NCBI GenBank assembly: GCA_964016885.1
Contig: OZ024742.1
Location: forward strand, 298,778,001-298,842,000
Length of the DNA stretch: 64,000 nucleotides
Reading direction: 5' to 3'
Source: Eledone cirrhosa
Taxonomy: Eukaryota
This document shows, one piece after another, positions 26,855 through 43,469 of the stretch (position 1 is its first letter; every line of letters begins with the position of its first letter). The position numbers and the translations under genes were made by a program. The notes below the pieces were generated by a model. That model made no database searches and was not told the DNA's origin. It worked only from the letters and a program-made list of their open reading frames with translations.

Positions 26855-27433
26855 CGAAACCGTACGGTAAAGGTAACCATACCAGGTACAGTGAATTTTT
26901 AAAAATTTATTTTAAAACTTTTTCTTATTTGCTAAACCTTCATTATATATGTTCGGGCTCGTTAATTTATTAACCTGCCATAGAACCACATTGGCATATG
27001 TTTGGATAATACATGTATCCCTATATATATTTTGCGTGTAGGGATATATACTTTATTATTATTAATCTCCCCCTGGTCGAGATAAGATTTGGACGTTTTG
27101 ACTGCTACTATTTCTAGTGGTAGTAGATTAACTTCTCCGCCTCTCCCTTCTATCTTTGCACACGGCACTGGACAGAATTGCTTCCACATCATTTATTCTC
27201 ATCTCGGGAACAATTTTGAATAGCGCCAGTTCGTAATTCGAACTCGGGAATTTTATATTCTACGAGTGAAAAGAACCTTCTGACGAGAGGTTTTCTTTTC
27301 ACTGGAGGCCCGTAAGGACTATCCATTTATTTTTGAGACTCGAAACCGTACGGTAAAGGTAACCATAGGAAGTACAGTGAATTTTTAAAAATTTATTTTA
27401 AAACTTTTTCTTATTTGCTAAACCTTGATTATA
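26855..27433 (+). mobile_element. Non-coding hammerhead-bearing element, 486-bp period with about 93-bp terminal direct repeat (retrozyme or non-autonomous PLE-like)
   Basis: 26855-26947 is repeated at 27341-27433. (TA)n on both flanks. Confidence 0.75.
27275..27360 (+). ncRNA. Type I hammerhead ribozyme with enlarged stem II
   Basis: acctt CTGACGA gag...ctc GAAAC cgtacg GTA aaggt. Intact core and palindromic stem III (ACCGTACGGT). Predicted cut after 27355. Confidence 0.85.
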
Positions 27434-27452
27434 TTTATATATATATATTTAT

Positions 27453-27551
<99 letters not shown>

Positions 27552-28083
27552 GATATATATATATAGATATATATATGTGTGTGTGTGGGGGGGGGGGTCT
27601 GTCTCTTTGCGTATATTAGGTACTACCTAAATATTTTTACACTGTAACTCACTATGACCTTTTTTTTCTATTGAAGTTTGGTGAGGTCTATAACATCGAA
27701 AACTCCCACAACTCATTGGACCCTAATTGTAATTTATGTTCTTGTCATGACCTATAACACGCGAGATCGAGTGATAGATATGAAGATACAAAACGTTAAT
27801 ATGACACTCACTACTACACATACACCCACGCAAATAACCATACATGAATATGTCAAGCAACGAACCACCAGTCGCCAGGCAACAGGTAATACTAGAAGAA
27901 CAGAGAAAAACAGAAAAGATGACTTTGGTAAAAAAAAAGAAAAATCATTATATGAGTTTTAAATTAGGAAAAGCAACCTCTACTACAATAACTATCACTA
28001 ATTACGCAGAAATATCGACACGGTAGTAGTATTTATTCATACCAATTAGTAAAAGATATATTTAAACAACATTATTATATATT

Positions 28084-28472
28084 GGCGGTGGATTGGCAGT
28101 GAGGTAGAAGGTCGGACGCCATGCTTTGACGCATAGAGATACGGCCCTTGCCATTCTGTGTTCAAATCCCGCCAAGGTTAACTTTGCCTTTCATCTTTAC
28201 AGGGTCGATAAAATGGGTAATTGCTGGCCTTGTGCCAAAAGTAGAAACAATTATTATATATTGGCTGAATCGGTAGAGTGTCGGACAAAATGCTTAGCGG
28301 CACAGAGTTACAGCTCTTTACATACTGAATTCAAATCCCGCCGAGCTTAACTTTTGCCTTTCATCTCGACGGGTTTGATAAAATTAGGCACCAGTTATGC
28401 ACTGGGGTCGATTTGGTCGACTATCCCTTTTCTTTAAATTTCTGGCCTTGTGCAAAATGTAGAAACAATTAT
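28084..28472 (+). mobile_element. Two tandem tRNA-derived SINE copies
   Basis: GGCGGTGGATTGGCAG head, TTCAAATCCCGCC B-box and GCCTTTCATC body, present twice. Confidence 0.87.
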
Positions 28473-28595
28473 TACTGTAGTAATATCATATACTATTGCT
28501 GTTGTAATGTCATACACCACGTATATAAAATAACAAAGAGGTTTAGACTGCACGTAAAATATTTTTTCTTGAAAAACAAAAAGAAAATCAACTAA

Positions 28596-28660
<65 letters not shown>

Positions 28661-28680
28661 ACACACACACACACACACTT

Positions 28681-28828
28681 TCAGTTGTAGTTGGAGCATT
28701 GGGCCTGATAAACGAGGGAACTGACAAATTGATGGATCATTCGACAGGTAAACCTTGTATAAATGAAATTCAAAAAATCGTACTTACAAGTACTGCCCAC
28801 ATTTTACGAAGAGCATTGTCAATGTAAT
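28681..28828 (+). pseudogene. C-terminal fragment of an R4/Dong-like RLE LINE ORF
   Basis: Reads VVVGALGLINEG...EIQKIVLTSTAHILRRALSM*, resembling RLE C-termini. Confidence 0.7.
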
Positions 28829-29035
28829 ATAGGGAGGGCAAACCACGTTATATAATGAACAAAAGGGTGCCCTTTATCTATTATATATTTTGTAACAATC
28901 AGTTATCTACGGGGCTGGGAAAATGTGTCATAACAAACCATCACCACCACTGCAGGCCAATGGTTGAGTCCCGGTGGGATGCATGTGAATGTACAGATAT
29001 CCAAGGAAAATAAAAAAATAAAAATAATAATGATA

Positions 29036-29083
<48 letters not shown>

Positions 29084-29118
29084 CTTTCTCGCTCTCCCTA
29101 TCTCTATCTCTTTCTCTC

Positions 29119-29182
<64 letters not shown>

Positions 29183-29211
29183 AAAGAATAGAGGTGTAAC
29201 ACACAAGTTAT

Positions 29212-29500
29212 TATATATTGGTAAACGGAATAGAAAATGCTGACGAATTGTTCACAGTGAAAAATAGTTTAATTAGGAATAAATGAGAATTAGTAATTGT
29301 ATTGGTTAGTATTCAGTTTTGGTTTTAAGTTTTACCGGTTGCGCATTTCTAAATGCTTTTGAAAAGCATTTAGAAATGCGCAACCGGTAAAACTTAAAAC
29401 CAAAACTGAATACTAACCAATACAATTACTAATTCTCATTTATTCCTAATTAAACTATTTTTCACTGTGAACAATTTGTCAGCATTTTCTAGTCCGTTTA

Positions 29501-29510
<10 letters not shown>
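29212..29510. repeat. Near-perfect palindrome (about 149-bp arms, 1-nt spacer at 29361)
   Basis: ...TTTCTAAATGCTTTT G AAAAGCATTTAGAAA... Only two mismatches seen between arms. Confidence 0.95.
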
Positions 29511-29551
<41 letters not shown>

Positions 29552-30815
29552 GTGTGTGTGTGTGTGTGTATATAGAGAGAGATAATATTGTTTGCGTTTG
29601 AAAATCTCAAGATTGTGGTCACGAATAGAAGGGAAAATGTTTTTTCTTACAAAATAATTAATGAGAATATACTAAAAAAGAGGATAACTTACCGAAATTT
29701 CATTGAAAAATATGAAAGTATTCTTACCTGTAAAGAAAAGGATAGGTAGTTAGATACACACACATATATATATATACATATATAAATAGATAGATATATA
29801 AAGAGTCGGGTTTCCGACTCTATAATATAACCATACTCTAAAACCCCAATACCGAATAGTTTGGTGAGTAATGGTCTAACCAGTTTCAAACTGAATCCAT
29901 CCAGACAAGGTGATAGGTAGATAGATAGATGGTTAGCTTGTTGGATTGATGTATTTCAACATTTGTAATGACATATTATATAGAGTAAACTTAAAATCTA
30001 TTCAAGAAAGACAGCACAATGCAAATTTGAAATAAAATGGGAATATCGACAAAACTAAACAGTTTAATATTTTACAAAATGTTCAGGGTGTCAGAACCCT
30101 TTATTAAAAGAAAAGTAAAATATAGTGTCCTTGACGGGTGGTGCTAGACTCCCTCTAATATATATTATTAATATTTATTTATTTTCAATAATATATTCTG
30201 ACATAACATTCTCCCAGGGTTGACTTTGGCTTTCTTCTTCCGGGGTTGATAAAACAAAGTACAAGTTAAATCCAATCCAATACAATCCAGAGCATTCTTA
30301 AGTGAAATACTGGGTCCGATTTATTTGACTATACGCATTACCACATACGTGGCTTTCTGTTGTTGCAAAAATCGTTATGATATAATGGACACTTATTTTT
30401 ACCGACTTCGGAGAAATGATACTCAAAATCTATTTAGATGAATATAATAAAATAATAAAAATCGATTTGCGCATCAAAGCGTAGAGCCCGTAAAATTAGC
30501 AGTGAATACTTTTGTTAGAACTCAGGTAAGGAAAGATTTGAAGAGAAATAGAAAATTTGTGAAAAGTAAACATGCTCAACTAAAGATGTTTAACAAGCTT
30601 CAATATTTCAATTTACTAATTCTCCCTCATCTACAAATCTGGAGTTTCGTGACTATTAACATTTCAATTTTACAATATTGGGAAGGAAAGATGGTAGAGT
30701 TCGAGTGCTAAGAACAATTTCATAGATAAAGAAAAAAAAAAGCACGAAATATTTATAAACTGACGGGTTGTGTTACAGATTTAATGAAAATGAAATTTAC
30801 GCACACACACACATA

Positions 30816-31093
30816 TAAGAGGAATTCCAAATTTGTCTGATTTACTCGTTTTATTTACAATCCTTTAAAATTTATAATGGTATTATAATGAAATAGTATG
30901 GTAGAATATTAAATGTTAAGTGTTAATTGAACAAGTAGTTTCATGCTTTCGCAATCTTCAGGTTCATAATGTGTGGTGACAGTCAAGATTGCAATTTTAA
31001 TATTCTACCATACTATTTCATTATAATACCGTTATAAATTTTAAAGGATTGTAAATAAAACGAGTAAATCAGACAAAGTTGGAATTCCTCTTA
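30816..31093. repeat. Fold-back repeat (about 98-bp arms) with a degenerate minus-strand hammerhead in the spacer
   Basis: Arms 30816-30914 and 30997-31093. Minus strand reads tgaac CTGAAGA t tgc-gaaa-gca t GAAAC tactt gttca. Confidence 0.8.
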
Positions 31094-31182
31094 TTAATAT
31101 AATCATCTATACACAATCATACACACCCGTGTATATTTATCTATCTATATATATATATACATACATATATATATATATACAG

Positions 31183-31212
<30 letters not shown>

Positions 31213-31215
<3 letters not shown>

Positions 31216-31381
31216 GGAACCAGTAAGACCCCGACGGCTAATTCTGTCCAGAATTAGCCGTCGAAACGGCTTGAGCTCAGCTGTCGGGGTCTTACTGGTT
31301 CCTATTACCCACTCTACTACCTCAAGTATTGAGTACTTTGGTGCGTTATGGTCCACCTGGTTCCTTACCACATTTCCTTCG

Positions 31382-31382
<1 letters not shown>
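31213..31382 (+). mobile_element. Short pLTR-like fragment with 5' inversion and the 3' half of a hammerhead
   Basis: ATAGGAACCAGTAAGACCCCGAC pairs with GTCGGGGTCTTACTGGTTCCTAT. GAAAC..GTC present. GTATTGAGTACT motif shared with 44.5, 44.7 and 48.5 kb. Confidence 0.6.
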
Positions 31383-31443
<61 letters not shown>

Positions 31444-31612
31444 CTGTGTCTGTGTCCGTGTCTCTCTGTGTGTGTGTATGTGTGTGTGTGGGTCACTTCT
31501 ATATAAAATGTAAGCGCTTACTCTCTACTACCATTTGGTGTACCTTATTTAACTGACTATATCCGGATTTTCTCCGGAATACTATTGTTTGTTATATATA
31601 TATACATATATA

Positions 31613-32070
31613 TGCAAAAGTTTTATTTAAGATTGTTGGGTTACAACGAGTAAATATTTTATAACTGATATAAAAGCACTCGACAGTTTCTGGAGTAGGT
31701 TTACGATATTAAACAAATGGAAACTATATTTATAAAACCATATTTATTTCGTTATATATATTTCTGGGATATCATATTAAAAATATGTTATGCCTTCCTC
31801 AGACAAAATACAATACATAAGCTGTTTTATAAATAATTAGTGACATACCTTTTGAGAATGCAACTTCCTTTTAAAAAATCACTACCAAATCAACTTTTTT
31901 AAAAGGAAGTTGCATTCTCAAAAGGTATCTCACTAATTATTTATAAAACAGCTTATGTATTGTATATTGTCTGAGGAAGGCATAACATATTTTTAATATG
32001 ATATCCCAGAAATATATATAACGAAATAAATATGGTTTTATAAATATAGTTTCCATTTGTTTAATATCGT

Positions 32071-32071
<1 letters not shown>
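31613..32071. mobile_element. pLTR-only fold-back PLE insertion, same family as 23.5-26.8 kb, with two hammerheads (31745-31810 minus, 31963-32028 plus)
   Basis: Arms meet at a 16-nt spacer (31879-31894). CTGAGGA...GAAA tatat ATA acgaaata. Homologous to about 26580-26826. Confidence 0.88.
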
Positions 32072-33636
<1,565 letters not shown>

Positions 33637-33733
33637 ATGATGATGGCTGCCCCCTCGTTATCGAGTATGGCCATTGCATGAGGAGAAAAAAAAAATTGAT
33701 AAATAAATAAAAAATAAAAAAAAATAAAAAAAA

Positions 33734-33784
<51 letters not shown>

Positions 33785-33838
33785 CACACATACATACACA
33801 TATACACACACACATATACAAACACATACATTAATAAC

Positions 33839-33869
<31 letters not shown>

Positions 33870-33935
33870 GTAATAACAATAATAATAACAACAACAACAA
33901 TAATAATATACATATACATATTTATATATGCACAC

Positions 33936-36918
33936 ACGCTGTTTTGGTATTCTAGAATCCTTCATCCTGGCAAGGTGACCACTCCAACGGAGTCGTTGCT
34001 TAAGCACAATAGCTTCTATACAGTCACACATAGAGCTTTCCAAAATCTCGACATCACTGATGTGGTCCCTCCAGTGAACGCCATGGATCCGTCTGAGACA
34101 CATCTGATGGAAACGCTCCAATTGCTTAAGGTGGTGTCGATATGTGACCCAGGTCTCGCAGGCATAAAGAAGACAAGAGAGCAGACATGCCCTGTACACC
34201 TTTACCTTTGTCCTCCTGCATATGTCTCGCCGACCCCAGAGTCGGCTTTCTAGCTTTCCGAAAGCATCACTTGCTTTCCTAATCCTAAGTGAGATTTCAC
34301 TGTCAAGGTTGCTGTATCGATTGACAGTGTTTCCCAGGTAGACAAACTGATCAACCACTCCAAGTCGTTTGCCATACACATAGATGTTTGGTTCAGTGTA
34401 CTGCTTACCAGGGGCAGGTTGGTACATGACGACGACGGTTTTCTTGAGACTGACAGTCAATCCTAGGGCAGTGCAAGCGTCAGAAAATGCATTCAAAATG
34501 TGCTGCATATCACTCTCTGTGTGCGCTACAAGATCGCAATCATCTGCATACAAGAGGTCTCTTATGATTGATGTAAATACTTTTGTCTTCGCAGCAAAGC
34601 GCCTGATGTTAAATATGCTGCCTGAAAGTTCGATATCGGATGTAAACACCATGCTCGCAATTCCTGAATGCAATACAGAAAACCATTGCAAAGTATATGG
34701 CAAACAGGGTCGGTGCTGGAATATCCCCCTGTTTCACTCCCTTTTTTTACTGAGATAGGCTCCGACATGTTACCTCCGACATTAACCCAAGCCTTCATGT
34801 CGTCATGGAAAGACCTAACTAAAACAAGGAACTTATCAGGGCAACGGATTTTCTGGAGAAACCTTCCATAATGCATCTCTGTTAACAGTATCGAAAGCTT
34901 TTGTCAGATCGACAAAAACCTGATACAGATCCAAGCCTTGTTCTATGCACTTCTCCTGGAGCTGTCTACCTGAGAAGATCATATCAGTAGTGCCGCGTCC
35001 AGCACGAAAACCAGATTGACTTTCAGGAAGAACACAATCTGCAATGTGTGTCAGCAGACGGTCCAGAAGCACCCTACATAAAACTTTCCCTACGACAGAA
35101 AGCAATGATATACCTCTGTAGTTCCCACAATCATTCCTGTTACCCCTTCCCTTGTACAAGACAAACCATTACTGCATCTCTCCAGTCCTCAGGTACGGAT
35201 TCATTAGCCCATATCCTGCCAAACAAAGAGTGATGATGTTGCAGGAGTCTCTCACCACCATATTGTAGGAGCTCAGCATGTATGCCATCCATACCTGGAG
35301 ATCTTCCATTGTTCAGCTTCAAAATAGCCACTGCAACCTCCACAAGCGTCAGAGGTACTGCGAGAGCTACTTTCACAGGACTTTCTGGAATGAGATTGAG
35401 GAAATCTTCACTGACGATAGCCGGCTGATTCAAAAGATCATCAAAGTGCTCTCGCCACCTTCGTAGAATTCCTTGTGAGTCACGAAGAAGTTCTTTGCCA
35501 TCCTTGCTGCGAAGCGGTGTCACCAGAAAAGAAGACGGTCCATAAACCTCACGCAAGAGACTGTACAACAGCTTTGTGTTATTGGAATCAGACACAGTTT
35601 GTATCTCACCAGCCTTCTCACTCCACCACTGATCCTTCATCTGAGAAAGACTCCGCCTAATACGTGATTTTACATCCCTGAGTTCCTCATGCAACGTATT
35701 CCTCTCCTGTGGTTTTGCCGTCAAGTAGCGTGACAGAGCACGCCTCTTATCAGTCAACAAGTCTTCTATATGTACATCATTCTCATTAAACCAGTCCTGA
35801 TGTTTTCTCTGCACCAATCCCAGAACATGCCTGCCTACATAATAAACCGACTTTTTAAGGGTCGGCCAATCCTCACCAAGATCTGCAGCCTGCATCTCTT
35901 CTTCCAATGTCCTCTTCACATTTTTATCCTTAAGACGAGCAGCATTCAATCTTTTGGGCAGGGCAACACCAAGAGCCCGGATTTTACGTTTAGTGATTAG
36001 TTTCACTTTTGCGCGTACCAGGCGGTGGTCCGTCCAGCACTCAGCTCCACGAAGAGCACGAACATACTGCACATCCTGTCTGTCACGCATCCTGACTAGG
36101 ACGTAGTCCAAAAGATGCCATTCCTTTAGATGCAGGATGCATCCATGTGGTCTTGAATTTGTTCTTTTGTTGGAACATGGTGTTGGTAACACACAGATCC
36201 AGCTCCTTACACATCTGCAGCAGGAGCATACCATTGTTGTTACACTTTCCCACCCATGCCTTCCGATTACATTCCATGTGTTAAAATCCCTACCCACTCT
36301 AGCATTAAAATCACCAAGCACGATGACTTTGTCTGCCTGAGGGATATTTCTTAAAACACCTTTCAAGGCATGGTAAAAGGACACTTTTTCTTCATCGACA
36401 GAATTCATAGTTGGAGCATACACACTCACCAGGGTAGCATATCTTCCTTTGTCCAGCGGAACTCTCATGGACATAAGACGCTCACTAATCCCTACTGGGA
36501 ATACATCTAATTTATTCACAAGTACAGTCTTAACAGCAAATCCTACCCCAGCCTCTCTTCTGGTTCCTTCATCTCTTCCTTTCCAGAAGAATGTATATTC
36601 TCTACACAATTCTGTAAGATGACTATCTCCAGCTAACCTCGTCTCACATAAAGCCACCTTGTCAAGATCGTAACGTCGAAGCTCCTTTGCAATAAGAGCG
36701 GTCCTTCGTTCAGGACGCTCCAAGGAATCCCTGTCAAGCAGCGTCCGTACGTTCCAGCAGCCAAGACTAAATGCCTTGTTTGGCTCTATTACAATGGCAC
36801 GATGACGAGCGGGCCCGGGCTGTGATAACCTGGGGTCCCTGCCCTTATTGCCAATTATCTTTTTTGTTCCAGAACCTAAATTGCCAATTATCTCTGTTAT
36901 ATTGTTCTGGAACATCAT
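33936..36918 (-). pseudogene. RTE ORF: APE endonuclease and reverse transcriptase, frameshifted
   Basis: WNVRTL, LCETR, VYAPT, GDFNARVG, TDHRLV, NYRGISLL, FVDLTKAFDTV, LLYADD and YLG. Confidence 0.93.
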
Positions 36919-37000
36919 TGAATTTTGAAAAAAAAAAAAAAAAAGTAATAATAATAGTAATAATAATAATAATAATAATAGTACACTATTAATAATTATT

Positions 37001-37188
37001 AATTGTTTCTAATTTAGGCACAAGGCCAGCAAATACCCAGTGCATTACTGGTACTTTATTTTATCGACCCCGTAAGGATGAAAGGCAAAGTCAACCTCGG
37101 CGGGATTTGAACTCAGATCGTAAAGGGACGTAACTATGCTGGAAAGCATTGCGTCCGACCCTCTACCGATACTGCCAATCCACCACCC
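37001..37188 (-). mobile_element. tRNA-derived SINE
   Basis: Full head and body. TTAATAATTATTAAT duplicated on both sides. Confidence 0.9.
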
Positions 37189-37751
37189 TTAATAATTATT
37201 AATGCACACGTGCAATGCCTGTGCGTGACGAATATTTTGAAAGTGAGGAAAGACTGTGCACTGAGCCAATCCCACTCTCTGAGCGACAGTAGCTATAACC
37301 CGAAAAGAAGAAAAGATCAACATCATCGGTAACTACTGAGCCGCAGGTTTTATGTCGGAGTTAACCCAGTTTCCTGAGATGCCTTCTCCTAGAAGAATGC
37401 CCTGACAAGGGCTAGGGGTTCTTCACTCCCAGTGGTTTAACTGCGCGATCGGGCATCCAGCCCGATTATTTCTATGTCCCCGCGCAAAAAAGAAAAACTC
37501 ACTTATTGACACTTATACGTACGACATACACACACGCGCATACATATGCGCGCACACACACGCATACATACGCACGCACACAGCAACACTCATACATGCA
37601 AACAAACACACACACGCTACTCACTTACACACACACACATATATATATATATATATTACCATCATCACTGATACAAGATTACAAGATTATGTCAACTGTT
37701 GACTTTCAAGAGTTTGTATAGTTGAAGCCGATCGTATTACAGTCCAGTATT

Positions 37752-37808
<57 letters not shown>

Positions 37809-37974
37809 TAATATCTAGTAACATATATATATACATATAGATGCATATCAATGCTAGCAAATATATAGGTTTTGTCTTAGTAACTCTGTGGTTCAATGCA
37901 TGGGGTTGCAGAACAATAATATGAGAGACGTAAAATAAGAAAATTATAAAATTAACTTACTTACTAAAATATCA

Positions 37975-38054
37975 CTTCCAACTAATTAGTTTCTGGAATG
38001 GAATAAATATATTTTCAGAAGAAAACATGGAGAATCATTCCGTCGTCAGGGAAG
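37975..38054 (-). ncRNA. Type I hammerhead ribozyme with enlarged stem II
   Basis: Minus strand reads cttcc CTGACGA c ggaatg...cattcc a GAAAC taatta GTT ggaag. Confidence 0.8.
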
Positions 38055-38496
38055 ATTATTCTCATCTAAGTATCCAGGCAAAGCGTGGACTCTGGAAACT
38101 TAATAAAAAATAATTCAGTGGATAGAATATAGCAAAGCGTGGACTGAATTCCTAGCCATTGAGAAAATCACTGCCTCTGCGTCGGTGGCAAATTCAAAAA
38201 GAATCAATCACGTGACATCGACGTCAATCAGTGGAAAGTGGTTTGCTAACAAGACGGCGGCCTGCCTGCTACCATAGCAGCAGTCATGGCCAATATTGCT
38301 CGACAAATAAGTTGGAGATAATTATAAAGAATTGATATCTAGTAACATATATATACATATAGATGCATATCAATGCTAGCAAATATATAGGTTTTGTCTT
38401 AGTAATTTTGTGGTTCAATGCATGGGGTTGCAGAACAATAATATGAGAGACGTAAAATAAGAAAATTATAAAATTAACTTACTTACTAAAATATCA

Positions 38497-38576
38497 CTTC
38501 CAATTAATTAGTTTCTGGAATGGAATAAATATATTTTCCGAAGAAAACATGGAGAATCATTCCGTCGTCAGGGAAG
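38497..38576 (-). ncRNA. Second hammerhead copy (stem III G->A change)
   Basis: Same as 37975-38054 but GAAAC taatta ATT. Confidence 0.7.
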
Positions 38577-38867
38577 ATTATTCTCATCTAAGTATCCAGG
38601 CAAAGCGTGGACTCTGGAAACTTAATAAAAAATAATTCAGTGGATAGAAAATAGCAAAGCGTGGACTGAATTCCTAGCCATTGAGAAAATCACTGCCTCT
38701 GCATCGGTGGACAATTCAAAAAGAATCAATCACGTGACATCGAGGTCAATCACTGGAAAGTGGTTCATATTATTGTTCTGCAACCCCATGCATTGAATCA
38801 CTTTATAACAATAGCTTACGGTCTTCAAAATGCTTTTAATTAAGCATGAAGTGTATTGCAAAATACA

Positions 38868-41215
<2,348 letters not shown>

Positions 41216-41411
41216 TTAGATATTCTATAGATTTAGAAAAATAACCAATAATATATTCTATAAAAAATGTCAAAACAACAGATGGGAATCTAATTACTCA
41301 CTGCCACCAAGAATTCTCACTGCTATCGAAAAACCACTCCTTCAACTATTCTTCTAACAACTTCACCCCTCCCTCCTAATATTCTCTATAAAAACTAAAT
41401 AGGTCCTCAGT

Positions 41412-41535
41412 AATATTATTCTGATGAAATGACAGTAAATAATAACATTGAAATATTGAATGTCTGCATAACTAAAAGTTTGTAGATAGCTGTTTTAGGT
41501 TATGTAACTGTTATAGAAACACGTGTCAATAAATT
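41412..41535 (+). ncRNA. Type I hammerhead with an 88-nt branched stem II, inside a pLTR-like island (41216-41580)
   Basis: ttatt CTGATGA a atgacagt...actgttat a GAAAC acgt GTC aataa. Palindromic ACACGTGT stem III. Confidence 0.8.
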
Positions 41536-41575
41536 CCTTTCAACTAAACTGTATCCATTCAAATCTTTCTATTTC

Positions 41576-41607
<32 letters not shown>

Positions 41608-41949
41608 TGTAATAATAATAAATTTGAAGACTAAAATCCAAAGAGGGCTCGATAAGGATAAATATATGTCAAATATATAAGAACCGTAGAGCAAATATTT
41701 ATTAAAATAACAGATTAAAGATTAAGCAAAGAATCGCTGCTCTCACCCTTAACGGGATCTTCTGAAACTAACAAAGTCAATCTGTAAACGCAGAAGTGGA
41801 TATTTCAAAAACGTTGCAACCGGAGGAAGACAGATAGAACGATACTTTGGTTCGTGGAAACGTTCGTTAGCTCCCACATAAAGTCGTAAAATATCCACGT
41901 ATAAAACGTACTATCCGTTAGGGTATAACGTGGGGCTGTAATACAAGAA

Positions 41950-42386
41950 AGTTTTGTGCAATTTATGTTTACAAGCCGAAAAAATCCTCAGATTTTTTGT
42001 TTAAGATGTGGTCTGTGGCGTAGAGTATTTCCAGGGCCTCAGCGGCGCAGCGGTCACATGGTCATTTATTTCCGTTATACGATCTAGCCCTAGCTAGTAT
42101 CTCCCACTGTAACTTATATTGGGTGTGGTTGTCTTTTAGACTCCAGATATAAGCTGAAAGTGACATCATATTCCTTCTTAGAGGGTAACGAAAAGAATGG
42201 GTTTGCGTGTAAAGACGCTGCTTGAATCTATTGGCGGTTAACCCTATGTAGGCCCTACGGGACGTGGGTGTTACAACCTTACATTTGTAGACAATGTTAC
42301 TAGAGAGGCATTTCCCGGATAGGGGGCAATCAACCCGATTCCTACAATTACAGTTAGTACTAACTACAGGGTTGCACGTGTTCCTA
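41950..42386 (-). pseudogene. PLE zinc finger and GIY-YIG endonuclease fragment
   Basis: [36 protein letters not shown] and LNKKSE. Confidence 0.88.

Positions 42387-43469
<1,083 letters not shown>

Larger units (their letters stand above)
33637..37486 (-). mobile_element. Near full-length RTE/BovB-like LINE (C-terminus deleted, SINE inserted in 5' region)
   Basis: APE-RT ORF pieces. 3' end ...GAGGGGGCAGCCATCATCA. GC-richer putative 5'UTR at about 37200-37486; the 5' limit is uncertain. Confidence 0.88.
37800..38801 (-). mobile_element. Non-coding 522-bp tandem unit (about 1.85 copies) with one hammerhead per unit and a short inversion; retrozyme-like
   Basis: 37800-38243 is repeated at 38324-38765. 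38766-38801 is the reverse complement of 37888-37923. (TA)n flanks. Confidence 0.8.
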
